Source: an uncultured Acidobacteriota bacterium (GTDB lineage Bacteria > Acidobacteriota > Thermoanaerobaculia > UBA5066 > Gp7-AA6). From it: DNA of 64,000 nucleotides. This document shows positions 1-9,441 of this stretch, piece after piece. Within the stretch, counting starts at the first letter, position 1. Each line of letters starts with the position of its first letter. The position numbers and the translations under genes are program-made. The notes beneath the pieces are model-generated. The model worked only from the letters and a program-made list of their open reading frames with translations, ran no database searches and had not been told where the DNA came from. The DNA is taken from positions 2,070,513 through 2,134,512 of the forward strand of contig CAVTON010000001.1 in assembly GCA_963736455.1 (NCBI GenBank), in the 5' to 3' direction.

Positions 1-221
1 CCCTGCTGCTCGAGGTTCATGCTCCAATAGGAATGGACGCCATAGAAATCCGTCGTGACGGTCCAGCGGCCGGCGACGGACGGAGCCGGCGACGACGCCT
101 GCGCCAGCAGGAGTCCCGGGAAGAGACCCAGCAGAAATACGCACACCCTTCGCATTCGTCCTCCTCGGTGAAAGGGACGTCGTCCGCCCGGAACAGGTTC
201 CACGTTTCTCGAGAGGAAGCG

Positions 222-1307
222 CTACTTGGCCGCCGCGGGCGCCCCCGCGAGCGCGTTTTCCTTCGTGATCATGAGGGTCGGCAGCACGATCTTGTGGGGG
301 ACCTTCTCGCCCTTGAAGATGCGTTCCGCAATGTCCACGGCCTCGCGGCCGCCGGTGGGATAGACGAACGTCACGGACAGCTTTCCATCGGCGACAGCCT
401 GCCGGCCGCCGTCCAGTCCGGGCAGCCCGTCGATGCCGACGAACTTCATCTCGCCATCCCTCCCCTTCTCCTTCGCCGCGAGGTAGGCGCCGATCGCCAT
501 CGGGTCGTTGTGGGCGTAGACGAGGTCGATGTGATCGTGGGCGGCGAGCGCCGACTCCATCTGGGTCATCGCCTCCTCGCGCAGCCAGTTCGCGACGGGG
601 TCGTGGACGATCTTGAGGTCGGGATACGCCGCGATCGCCTCGCGGAACCCCTCGCTGCGGTCGCGGGCCGGCGGCGAACCGGGAAGGCCCTTGATCTCGA
701 CGATGTCCCCCTTGCCCTGGAGAAGCTTCGCGACGTACTCGCCCGCCGCCTTTCCGATCTGGCGGTTGTCGGCGCCGATGAACGTCGTGTACGTGTCGCC
801 CTCGATCGCGCGGTCCAGGATGACGACCGGGATCCCCGACTCGAAGGCCTTCTTGACGATCGGCGTCAGCGGCTTCGCCTCGTTCGGCGAGATCATGAGG
901 AGGTCGATCTTCTGGCGCAGGAAGTTTTCGACGTCGGCGACCTGCTTGGCGTTGTCCTGCTGCGCGTCGGCGTAGGCGACCTCGACGTCCGGATAGTCCT
1001 TCGCGCGGGCCGCGACTTCCGCGTTCATCGCCACGCGCCAGGGCTCGCCCAGGTTGCACTGGGAGAAGCCGATCAGGTGCTTTCCCGACTTCGACCTGCC
1101 GCAGCCGGAAACGCAGAGAACGGCGGCAAGGAGGGCGGCCGCAAGGGCCGCCCCTGCAGACCGGGAAACCAGAAGCCACGATCCGCGTTCCCTTCCGTAG
1201 CGGCGGGGCCTGCCCCCGCCCGGAACCTCACCGGCGCCTTCGCTGGAGCCAGACCGCGCCGACGATGATGACGCCCTTGAGAATGAGCTGCAGATTCGCA
1301 TCCACAT
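222..1307 (-). CDS. sugar ABC transporter periplasmic substrate-binding lipoprotein (AraF/RbsB-like)
   Basis: Periplasmic-binding-protein type I motifs (GIPVVILDR, DLVYAHNDPMAIGA) and a lipobox VSGC after a hydrophobic signal. The only in-frame ATG codons are at 1307 and 1301, so the true start is uncertain. Confidence 0.65.
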   Translation of the reverse strand: MWMRICSSFSRASSSSARSGSSEGAGEVPGGGRPRRYGRERGSWLLVSRSAGAALAAALLAAVLCVSGCGRSKSGKHLIGFSQCNLGEPWRVAMNAEVAARAKDYPDVEVAYADAQQDNAKQVADVENFLRQKIDLLMISPNEAKPLTPIVKKAFESGIPVVILDRAIEGDTYTTFIGADNRQIGKAAGEYVAKLLQGKGDIVEIKGLPGSPPARDRSEGFREAIAAYPDLKIVHDPVANWLREEAMTQMESALAAHDHIDLVYAHNDPMAIGAYLAAKEKGRDGEMKFVGIDGLPGLDGGRQAVADGKLSVTFVYPTGGREAVDIAERIFKGEKVPHKIVLPTLMITKENALAGAPAAAK

Positions 1308-3780
1308 TGTTCAACCCCATGATGTTGTTGATGATGCCGATGATCAGCACGCCGACGAGGGTACCGCCGACCGTGCCCGTCCCGCCCATGAGACTCGTGC
1401 CGCCGATGACGACGGCGGCGATCGCGTCGAGCTCGTACGCGACGCCGTCGTTGGGATTGCCCTGCTCGAGCTGCGCGCAGTGGACGATCCCCGCGAGCGC
1501 CGCGAGCGCGCCGCCGATGACGTACACCGACGCCTTGTGCCACCCCACGCGGACGCCGGAGAGCCGCGCCGCCGTCTCGTTGTCGCCGATCGCGTACAGG
1601 TAACGCCCGGCGCGGGTGCGCGAGAGGTACACGTGCATTCCGGCGACGGTCGCGAGAAAGAGCACCGCCGGAACGGGCACGTACGGCACGAGCACGCCGG
1701 CGATCGCGCGCACCGACTCGGGCGCCCCGCCCGGCCCGAAGCCGAGCGGGATCGCGGTGCCGCCGCTCAGGTAGCGGGCGATGCCGCGGGCGGCGCTCAT
1801 CATCGCGAGCGTGGCGATGAAGGGCTGGAGCTTCCACCGGGCGACGACAAAGCCGTTCGCGGCCCCGCAGAGCGCTCCGACCGCGAGGACGGCGACGACG
1901 GTCGCCGCCAGCGAGAAGCCGCTCCGCATCAGAAACGAGGCCGTCAGCGTCGCCGCCAGCGCGAGGACCGAGCCCACGGACAGGTCGATGCCGCCGGACA
2001 CGATGACGGCCGTCATGCCGACCGCGAGGATCCCCTTCTCGGCGACCTGCCGGAGGATGTCGGTCAGGTTGCCGATGCCGAGAAAGACCGGCCGGCCGCC
2101 TCGGACGGGCGAGAACACGATCGAGAGGATGACCACGGCGGCGAGGCCGAGGACGCTCGTCAGGCGCGTCAGGCGGCTGAGCTTCGGCGGCGGCGGAGCG
2201 GAGGGAGCGCCGGGCCTCGCCGGAGCCGGATCGTCCGGGCGCGACGCGTTTCCCCGCGAGCCCGTGCCGGCGCCCGACGCCGCGGCCAGGATCCTCTCCT
2301 CCGTCGCCTCCTCGCGCGAGAACGCGGCCGCGACGCGGCCCTCGCGGAAGACCGCGATGCGGTGGCACTGCGTCAGGACCTCGGACATCTCGGAGGAGCA
2401 GAGCAGGATCCCGAATCCCTCGGCCGAAAGACGCGCCAGGAGCGCATAGATCTCGGCGCGCGCGGCGAGGTCGACGCCCCGCGTCGGCTCGTCGAGAAGC
2501 AGGACCTTCGGCGCCGCGAAGAGGCACCGCGCGAGCAGCGCCTTCTGCTGGTTCCCGCCGGAGAGCGTCGCGATCGGGGCCGCCGGCGACGACGCGCGCA
2601 CGCCCGTGTCCTGCATCAGCCGGCGGCCCTCCCGCCGGGCGGCGGCCGTCCGCACGAGGCCGAGGCGCCCGCTGACCTTCTCGAGGGCGCCGAGAACGAT
2701 GTTCTCGCCGACGCCGAGATCGGGAAAGATCGCCTGCGCCTTTCGCTCCTCCGGAAGCAGGGTGAGGCCCGCTCGCCGCGCGAGAGCCGGATCGCGAAGC
2801 GGGACCTCGCGCCCCTCGACGACGACGCGTCCGGTCACGGCTCCCGGGCTCGCGCCGGCAAGCGCGAGAAGGAAGTCCGTCCGGCCGGCGCCGATCAGCC
2901 CCGCGAGCCCCACGATCTCGCCGCGCCGCACCGACAGCGAGACGTCGCGCACGCGGAAGCCGCCCGGACGATCCGGATCGGCGACGGAAAGGCTCTCGAC
3001 GCGCAGGACCTCCGCCGCTCCGGGCGGGACGGGCGCGAGGGTCGCCGGAGGGATCTCGCGGCCGACCATCAGGCGGACCATCTCGACCTCGTCGAGGCCC
3101 TCGGCGCTTCGCGTCGCGATCCGCCGGCCGTCGCGCAGAACCGTCACGCGCTGCGCGAGGCGGCGCACCTCGTCGAGCCGGTGCGAGATGTAGACGACGG
3201 CGACACCCCGCTCGGTCAGGCGGCGGACGAGGCGCTCGAGCCGCGCCGCCTCCTCGTTGTCGAGGGCCGCCGTCGGCTCGTCCATGATGATCAGCCGCGC
3301 GTCGAGGGAGAGCGCCCGCGCGATGGCGACGAGCTGCCTCTGGCCGGGCTCCAGCCGTTCCACCGGCTCGGCCGGAGGCACGTGCGTCTCGCCGATCGCC
3401 GCGAGCTCGCCGGCGGAGCGGGAAAGCAGCGCGCGCGCGTCGAGCAGTCCGAAGCGGCCCTTCGGCTCGCGGCCGAGAAAGATGTTCTCGGCGGCCGAGA
3501 GCGGTGAGACGAGCTGGAGCTCCTGCGGAATCGCCGCGATCCCTCCCTCGATTGCCTCGCGCGGATCGGCGAAGCGGCGGACCGCCCCGTCCAGCCGCAC
3601 TTCCCCCCCGTAGTCCGACAGCTCGCCCGTCAGGATTTTGACGAGCGTCGATTTCCCGGCGCCGTTCTCACCGATGAGCGCGTGGACCTCGCCCGCGACG
3701 ACGTCGAAGTCCACGCCGTCGAGCGCCCGCACGCCGGGAAAGTCCATCGAGACGCCGCGGGCTTCGAGAAGAGGGGTCAT
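1228..3780 (-). CDS. fused sugar ABC transporter: tandem-NBD ATPase (AraG/RbsA-like) plus C-terminal permease (AraH/RbsC-like)
   Basis: Starts MTPLLEARGVSMDF. Walker A GENGAGKST. A second NBD follows. The C-terminal 330 aa are a polytopic RbsC-type permease, joined by a Pro/Ala-rich linker in one continuous ORF. Confidence 0.75.
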   Translation of the reverse strand: MTPLLEARGVSMDFPGVRALDGVDFDVVAGEVHALIGENGAGKSTLVKILTGELSDYGGEVRLDGAVRRFADPREAIEGGIAAIPQELQLVSPLSAAENIFLGREPKGRFGLLDARALLSRSAGELAAIGETHVPPAEPVERLEPGQRQLVAIARALSLDARLIIMDEPTAALDNEEAARLERLVRRLTERGVAVVYISHRLDEVRRLAQRVTVLRDGRRIATRSAEGLDEVEMVRLMVGREIPPATLAPVPPGAAEVLRVESLSVADPDRPGGFRVRDVSLSVRRGEIVGLAGLIGAGRTDFLLALAGASPGAVTGRVVVEGREVPLRDPALARRAGLTLLPEERKAQAIFPDLGVGENIVLGALEKVSGRLGLVRTAAARREGRRLMQDTGVRASSPAAPIATLSGGNQQKALLARCLFAAPKVLLLDEPTRGVDLAARAEIYALLARLSAEGFGILLCSSEMSEVLTQCHRIAVFREGRVAAAFSREEATEERILAAASGAGTGSRGNASRPDDPAPARPGAPSAPPPPKLSRLTRLTSVLGLAAVVILSIVFSPVRGGRPVFLGIGNLTDILRQVAEKGILAVGMTAVIVSGGIDLSVGSVLALAATLTASFLMRSGFSLAATVVAVLAVGALCGAANGFVVARWKLQPFIATLAMMSAARGIARYLSGGTAIPLGFGPGGAPESVRAIAGVLVPYVPVPAVLFLATVAGMHVYLSRTRAGRYLYAIGDNETAARLSGVRVGWHKASVYVIGGALAALAGIVHCAQLEQGNPNDGVAYELDAIAAVVIGGTSLMGGTGTVGGTLVGVLIIGIINNIMGLNNVDANLQLILKGVIIVGAVWLQRRRR

Positions 3781-3797
3781 GGGAGACCCGCTGGCTC

Positions 3798-4198
3798 GTC
3801 ATCCCGAGGAGCTCCGCGACGAGGGATCCCTTTCTGAGTCACGGCCGTCGGCACCATAGCGATCCCCGCCGGCCTGTCATCCGGAGGAGCTCCGCGACGA
3901 GGGATCCCTTTCTGAGCCACGGCCGTCGGCACCATAGCGATCCCCGCCGGCCTGTCATCCCGAGGAGCACCGCGACGAGGGATCCCTTTCTGAGCCACGG
4001 CCGTCGGTACCAGAGGGATCCCCGCCGGCCTGTCATCCCGAGGAGCTCCGCGACGAGGGATCCCTTTCTGAGCCACGGCCGTCGGTACCAGAGGGATCCC
4101 CGCCGGCCTGTCATCCCGAGGAGCTCCGCGACGAGGGATCCCTTTCCGAGCCACGGCCGTCGGTACCAGAGGGATCCCTCGCGGCGCTCGGGATGACA
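3798..4198. repeat. tandem array of five 78-bp palindromic units plus a terminal inverted arm (REP/BIME-like)
   Basis: The unit GTCATCCCGAGGAGCTCCGCGACGAGGGATCCCTTTCTGAGCCACGGCCGTCGGTACCAGAGGGATCCCCGCCGGCCT recurs at 3798, 3876, 3954, 4032 and 4110. The array ends with GGGATCCCTCGCGGCGCTCGGGATGACA. Confidence 0.9.
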
Positions 4199-4216
4199 CT
4201 CGGGGCGACGGGGCCC

Positions 4217-5851
4217 TCACCCTCTCCCCCGCCGGAGGCGCGCCATGAGGGCGGCGCCCGGTCCCCTGCCGAAGTGGTCGTGCAGCGCGAGCCAGTCGCC
4301 GTAGAGCGCGTCGTAGGCGGCGCGGGCATTCGCGTCCGGCCCGATGCGTCCCGGCTTCAGATGGGCCATGGCCTTCGCGGCATCGACGAAGGAGCCGTGG
4401 CCTCCGCGCGCGACGCCCGCGGCGACGGCTCCGAGCATGGCGGCGCCGAGGGCGGAGGCGTTGGCGGAGGCCGCGAGCGCGATCGGCCGGCCCGTGACGT
4501 CGGCGTAGATCTGGACGAGCAGCGGGCTTCGCCCGGCGAGCCCTCCGACGGCGACGAGCTCGTGCACGGGGATCCGTTCGGCCTCGAACGCGTCGAGGAT
4601 GCGGCGCGTGGAGAACGCGGTCGCCTCGATCAGGGCCCGATAGATCTCGGCCGCGGTCGTCGAGAGCGTCAGTCCGACCAGGAGGCCGGAGAGGTTCGCG
4701 TCCACGAGAACCGACCGATTGCCGTTCCACCAGTCGAGGGCGAGCAGTCCGCGCGCTCCGGGTGGAACGGACGCGGCATCGCGCTCGAGCGCGGCGAAGT
4801 CGCCGCCGGCCGCGAGGCTGGCGAACCAGCCGAAGAGATCGCCGACGGCCGGCTGTCCGGCCTCGTAGCCGTAGAAGCCCTCGACGATGCCGTCCTTCAC
4901 GACGCCGCCGATGCCCTCGACGGGCGCGTGCCGGTCGGCGAGCAGCATGTGGCAGGTCGAGGTCCCGATGACGAGCACCATGCGCCCGGCCTCGACCACC
5001 GTGGCGGCGGGGACCGCGCTGTGCGCGTCGATGATCGCGGCCGCTACGGCCGTCCCCGGCTCGAGACCCAGCCGCGACGCCATCGCCGGAGTCAGGCCGC
5101 CGACCCTCCGCCCCGGCGGGACGATCTCGCCTCCGAGCTTCTCGCCCAGATTCCCGAAGCGCGGATCGAGCGCCGCGAAGAATTCCGGAGAGGGAAAGCC
5201 CCGCTCCCGGCTCCAGAAGCCCTTGTAGCCCGCGCCGCAGGCGTTGCGAACGCGCACGCCGGAGAGCTCGCCGACGATCCAGTCGCCGCCCTCGACGATC
5301 GACGCCGCCGCGGCGTAGACCTCCGGATCCTCCTCGAGGATCTGCAGCGCCTTGGCAGCGAGCCACTCGGACGACGTCCGGCCGCCGTAGTCGGCGAGGA
5401 ACTCCTCCCTCCGCGAGGATGCGGCCGCATTGATGCGGTCCGCGTGCGGCTGCGCGGCGTGGTGCTTCCAGAGTTTGACCCACGCGTGCGGCCGGGCGGC
5501 GAACCGCGGATCGAGGCAGAGCGGGCGGCCCGCCGCGTCGACCGGCAGCACGGTGCACGACGTGAAGTCCACGCCGATCCCGACGACAGCGGTCTTCGGG
5601 ACGCCGGCCGCCTCGAGCGCCTCGGGCACGGCCTTCTCGATCGCGTCGATCCAGTCCTGCGGGTGCTGGAGCGCCCAGTCGGCCGGCAGCCGGTCGCGCG
5701 AACCCGGGAGCGCCGCGTCCATGACCCCGTGGCGATACTCGGCGACCGCCGACCCGCGCTCGCGGCCCGTGCGCGTTTCGACGACCAGGGCGCGGACCGA
5801 CGCGGTCCCGAAATCGAGACCCAGCGCGCAGGGCGCCTCCGACTCCGTCAC
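4217..5851 (-). CDS. araB: ribulokinase (FGGY family)
   Basis: The N-terminus VTESEAPCALGLDFGTASVRALVVE matches the AraB IGLDFGSDSVRALAV signature. Length is about 545 aa. The GTG start overlaps the upstream stop as GTGA. Confidence 0.75.
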   Translation of the reverse strand: MTESEAPCALGLDFGTASVRALVVETRTGRERGSAVAEYRHGVMDAALPGSRDRLPADWALQHPQDWIDAIEKAVPEALEAAGVPKTAVVGIGVDFTSCTVLPVDAAGRPLCLDPRFAARPHAWVKLWKHHAAQPHADRINAAASSRREEFLADYGGRTSSEWLAAKALQILEEDPEVYAAAASIVEGGDWIVGELSGVRVRNACGAGYKGFWSRERGFPSPEFFAALDPRFGNLGEKLGGEIVPPGRRVGGLTPAMASRLGLEPGTAVAAAIIDAHSAVPAATVVEAGRMVLVIGTSTCHMLLADRHAPVEGIGGVVKDGIVEGFYGYEAGQPAVGDLFGWFASLAAGGDFAALERDAASVPPGARGLLALDWWNGNRSVLVDANLSGLLVGLTLSTTAAEIYRALIEATAFSTRRILDAFEAERIPVHELVAVGGLAGRSPLLVQIYADVTGRPIALAASANASALGAAMLGAVAAGVARGGHGSFVDAAKAMAHLKPGRIGPDANARAAYDALYGDWLALHDHFGRGPGAALMARLRRGRG

Positions 5852-7515
5852 GCCCGGTACTTTTCCGCCTGGTGGCGATCGAGCGTCTGCTCGGGGTCGC
5901 CGCAGAGGTTGACCTCGATGCCGAGGGCGCGCGCCATCGACGCCTTGCGCACGAGGGCGTGGTTGGCGGAGGCGGCGTCCGGCGCATAGGCCACCTGGAT
6001 GTGGTTGGCCTTGTGCTTGGCCATCATCTGATCGCGCGTGATGCCATAGAGCACGGCGTGCATGATCGGCCACTGCGGCGTCGTGGCCTGCCAGCGGCGC
6101 TCGGTCTCGGCGTCCGAGAGCTTGACGACGCCGCCGCGGCCGATGTCCATGTGGAGGCCGCGATCCTCGACGTAGACGCGCGAGAAGACGATCTCGCCCG
6201 GCTTCGAAATGCCCTTCAGCGTCGAGCCGCCCTTCGGAAAGTACATGGGCGGCTGCCGTTCGCCGCGGGCCCCGCCATAGCCGCCGATGAAGTGCGAGGC
6301 CGGAGCCGCGCCCGAGATCTCGAAGACCCAGACGAACCCGTCGACGCCGCTCTCGGCGACCGTGGCTCCCCAGCGCACGTCGTGAAGCGTCGTCGAGGGA
6401 TCGATGGAAAGATCGGTCCACACGCGATTCGTCAGGAGCGCGTCGACCCCCGCGCACTCGTCCACCTCGTTGAAGTGCGGCACGGCGAGTCCGTCGAAGA
6501 GCGGTTTCCCGTCCGCGCCGGCGACCGGAGGACGATCGGGATTGTTGAGCAGGCCCTCGGCGAGGTCCGAGGCGACGCACGTGTCCTTCAATCCCTGCTG
6601 GTACTGGATGCCGATCGCGGCGCAGCCGAAGTCGGACGCCATCCTCGCGGCGGCGTCGTACATCTTGAGGCCTTCGAGCACCTGCCACTCGGTCAGCTCG
6701 CTCGCCTCGTCACGGCCGAGCACGAAGGTCATGCCGCGGCGCCTCAGCCACTCGTAGTGGCGGCGCGCCGACTCCTCCGGGACCTCGCGCATCGCGGCGT
6801 AGAGGGCCGACTGCGACAGGCGCTCCTTGAAGAGCCCCATCCCATGCAGGAGCTCGTCCGGGACGATCGCGTTGTACATCCCCATGCACCCCTCGTCGAA
6901 GACCCCGAGGATCGCCTGGTCGCGCCGGAGCGTCTCGGCGAGGGCCGTCCCGCGCGCCCGATCCTCCGCGAACGACGGCCCGAAGGTGCCGTCGACGAGG
7001 GACTGCGCGTGGCTCGTGTCGTGGGCGATGCGCCCCTCGCCGAGCCATTGCCGCAGGCCCGCGCGCGCGAAGCCGTCCTCGAAGTCCTCGCTCCAGATCG
7101 AGCTGTACGGGATTCCCGCCTTGGTGAGCGACGCGTTGACGTTCAGCATCCCGACGAGGCCCGGCCACTCGCCGCTCCAGTTGGCGAGCGTCAGGATCGG
7201 GCCGCGGTGCTTCGTCAGCCCGGCGAGGACGTGGCTCGTGTACTCCCACACGGCCTCGGCGACGACCAGCGGCGCCTCGGGATCGATCTTCCGGAAGATC
7301 TGGATGCCGCGCGCCTGCCCGTCGATGAAGCCGTGCTTCTTGACGGGGTCGTACTCGTGGCCGCGCACGATCCTCGCCCCGAGCTCGCCGAACGCCTTCC
7401 CGACCGCTTTCTCGAGCGTCTGCTGCGCCGGCCAGCAGCGCTGGTTGGCCGTGATCCGCGAGTCGCCGCTCGCGACGAGGATGACTTCCCGGGCTCCAGG
7501 TTTCTGAGTGCTCAT
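5848..7515 (-). CDS. L-fucose-isomerase-family sugar isomerase (putative L-arabinose isomerase)
   Basis: A 555 aa FucI-like protein. It is translationally coupled to ribulokinase and sits next to GH127 and an arabinose-type ABC transporter. Confidence 0.6.
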   Translation of the reverse strand: MSTQKPGAREVILVASGDSRITANQRCWPAQQTLEKAVGKAFGELGARIVRGHEYDPVKKHGFIDGQARGIQIFRKIDPEAPLVVAEAVWEYTSHVLAGLTKHRGPILTLANWSGEWPGLVGMLNVNASLTKAGIPYSSIWSEDFEDGFARAGLRQWLGEGRIAHDTSHAQSLVDGTFGPSFAEDRARGTALAETLRRDQAILGVFDEGCMGMYNAIVPDELLHGMGLFKERLSQSALYAAMREVPEESARRHYEWLRRRGMTFVLGRDEASELTEWQVLEGLKMYDAAARMASDFGCAAIGIQYQQGLKDTCVASDLAEGLLNNPDRPPVAGADGKPLFDGLAVPHFNEVDECAGVDALLTNRVWTDLSIDPSTTLHDVRWGATVAESGVDGFVWVFEISGAAPASHFIGGYGGARGERQPPMYFPKGGSTLKGISKPGEIVFSRVYVEDRGLHMDIGRGGVVKLSDAETERRWQATTPQWPIMHAVLYGITRDQMMAKHKANHIQVAYAPDAASANHALVRKASMARALGIEVNLCGDPEQTLDRHQAEKYRA

Positions 7516-7537
7516 GCCGTGCGCTCGTCTCCCCGAC

Positions 7538-9364
7538 CTACGCGAGGTCGAAATACATGTCGTAGGGAACGCCGGCCCCGGCCTCGGAGAACGGCGCGAA
7601 GCCGCCGTGAGGCTGGCCTCCCACGGTGAAATCGAGTCCTCTGCCCGAGGACCGCGCGATCCAATCCGAGAGACTCGCGCCGGATGGCACGAGGCTCGGC
7701 GCTTCGTTGCGGACGAGCACGACCGGACCGTACGTCACCGCGACGCGCTTCGGGTGCCGGGGATCGACCGGCGACAGCGCGAGCCGCATCGGGAGCCGCA
7801 CCGTGACCCGATCGCCGGCGCTCCAGGTGCGCCGGACGACGGCCCAGCCGCCGGGACCCGCCGCGGCCGGGGCCGCCTTGCCGTTGACGGCGACCTCGAC
7901 GTTCTCGGTCCACGACGGAACGCGGAGCTTCACGTCGAACGCGGCGCTCCGGGCCGGCCGGACCGTGAGCGTCGTCGTGTCCGACTCGGGAAACGCCGTC
8001 TCCTGCTCGACGACCACTTCCGTGCCGCCCTGGTTCCAGGCCGCTCGCGAGGGCACGAAGAGATTCACGGCCAGACCGCCGGCGTCTCGGAAGTAGACGA
8101 CGTTGTGGTAGTCGGCGACGACCTGCGGATACGTTCCCGAGCAGCAGGGCCACGTCCCGTCCAGGTGATAGATCTTGCGGCCGCCGCCCATCCGGTAGTC
8201 GGAGTAGTAGAACGTGTCGCCCTTTGCGCCCATCGGCAGCGCGCCGAGAATTCCGTTGTAGAGCAGGCGCTCGATCCAGTCGCCGTAGCGCGCCTGCCCG
8301 GTGAACCGGAGCAGGTACCGCGACAGCTTGAAGCCGGCCCAGCATCCGCAGGGCGTCTCGAACGTGGCGTAGGTCGTCTCGAGGCGCCGGCCGAGCTCCC
8401 CGTCCGCAGCGACGAGCTCCTCGTCGGGCCCGAATCCACCCGTCGCGTAGCACTGCGTCCGCTGGAGCCAGTCGTGCTGGTTGACGATCGCGTCGAGGTA
8501 GGGCTTCTCGCCCGAGACGGCGTACGCCATCGCGCACGACGACATCGTGTTGACGTGGCTGTAGGCGTGGTGGCCGTGCCGGGAGACCGCCGTCGGCGCC
8601 GCGCCCGAGAACGCGTTCCAGTAATCGGTGAAGCGCCACACGTCCGCGAAGCGCCGGTACTTTTCGTCGCCCGTCAGGACGTAGGCGCGGTACAGGTTTT
8701 CCGAGAGCGTGTACCACTCGGTGTCGGAGTCGACCTTGCGGCTGCGGTCGAGGTTCTCGATCGCCCAGTCGGTGATCTTCGAGAGGTGCGCCAGAGAATC
8801 CTGGCGCCCGGCGTAGACCGCCATGTCCACGAGTCCGCCGACCGTCTTGTCGTAGATGTAATGCGGCTGCCAGGGCCGCCGGGAGTAGAAGAACCAGCCG
8901 TCCGGTTCGATGGTCGACGCCCACTCGGACATCAGGTGGACGGCCTTGCCGCGCAGGTCCGCGTCGCCCGTCGCCTTCGCCATGCGCGCCATTCCCGAGA
9001 GCCACTGGCCGAACGTGTGGAACGTATCGCCGTTCGACCACCACGTCCGCCGCGACGGATCGCCGCCGTACCAGCCGCCGAGGTTCGTTCCCCGGGCGCG
9101 CTGGCCGGCGCGGATCCGGAATCCCAGCAAGGCATCGTCGTCGGGGATCGCGAAGTAGTAGTCGCGCGCGGCCGAGAACTGCGAGCGCAGCGGCCCGTCG
9201 AGGAGAGTCACGCCCTCGTAGTCGAAGGCATCGAGGCGCGACGACCCGCCGGAGGATGACGCACCCGGCGAGGACCGGAGCCCGAGTCTCCCCGCCAGCG
9301 GCGCGAGCACCGCCCCGGCGACCGCCTGCTTCACGAAGCTCCTCCGGCTCGTCGCTGCGCTCAT
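7538..9364 (-). CDS. glycoside hydrolase family 127 (beta-L-arabinofuranosidase, DUF1680) with Tat signal
   Basis: Tat motif SRRSFVKQAVAGA. Cys-rich WPCCSG motif typical of HypBA1-like GH127. About 600 aa. Confidence 0.7.
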   Translation of the reverse strand: MSAATSRRSFVKQAVAGAVLAPLAGRLGLRSSPGASSSGGSSRLDAFDYEGVTLLDGPLRSQFSAARDYYFAIPDDDALLGFRIRAGQRARGTNLGGWYGGDPSRRTWWSNGDTFHTFGQWLSGMARMAKATGDADLRGKAVHLMSEWASTIEPDGWFFYSRRPWQPHYIYDKTVGGLVDMAVYAGRQDSLAHLSKITDWAIENLDRSRKVDSDTEWYTLSENLYRAYVLTGDEKYRRFADVWRFTDYWNAFSGAAPTAVSRHGHHAYSHVNTMSSCAMAYAVSGEKPYLDAIVNQHDWLQRTQCYATGGFGPDEELVAADGELGRRLETTYATFETPCGCWAGFKLSRYLLRFTGQARYGDWIERLLYNGILGALPMGAKGDTFYYSDYRMGGGRKIYHLDGTWPCCSGTYPQVVADYHNVVYFRDAGGLAVNLFVPSRAAWNQGGTEVVVEQETAFPESDTTTLTVRPARSAAFDVKLRVPSWTENVEVAVNGKAAPAAAGPGGWAVVRRTWSAGDRVTVRLPMRLALSPVDPRHPKRVAVTYGPVVLVRNEAPSLVPSGASLSDWIARSSGRGLDFTVGGQPHGGFAPFSEAGAGVPYDMYFDLA

Positions 9365-9441
9365 CGGGAACTCCTCGGAAAATCCGGGGAGATTCTATGC
9401 CGGAGGGCGATCCCTCGGGCCGTCGCGGCGTTCGGGCGCGG

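Noticed and set aside
222-1307. Shorter start for the binding lipoprotein near 1190, just before the signal peptide
   Set aside because: There is no in-frame ATG, GTG or TTG between 1301 and the signal peptide. A CTG start cannot be ruled out, but I kept the ATG at 1307.
1480-3507. Long plus-strand ORF (675 aa) opposite the ABC transporter, and similar long ORFs at 4193-5989, 5872-7629, 7508-9259, 14944-17277, 18033-19604, 19379-22363, 20235-22202, 24374-26152, 26882-28726, 37918-39933, 39449-41977, 41538-43046, 47536-50001, 55620-57356, 57627-59375, 59327-61111 and 61329-63353
   Set aside because: All are Arg/Ala/Gly/Pro-rich with no motifs. Each lies antisense or out of frame to a gene that has clear family signatures. 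Such ORFs are expected in about 70% GC DNA.
3798-4198. Possible CRISPR array (regularly spaced repeats, period 78 bp)
   Set aside because: The whole 78-bp unit is repeated nearly identically. There are no unique spacers between short repeats and no cas genes. The arms are palindromic like REP/MITE elements.
3777-5987. 736-aa ORF with repeated RKGIPRRGAPRDDRPAGIPLVPTAVAQ segments
   Set aside because: It is a translation of the tandem DNA repeat followed by the antisense strand of araB. It is Arg/Pro-rich with no domain signal. The real gene on this strand is araB (4217-5851).
9365-9441. Possible degenerate half-copy of the palindromic element (GGCGATCCCTCGGGCCGTCGCGG)
   Set aside because: Only a 9-nt core plus a 7-nt match, with no second arm. 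This is too weak to call.
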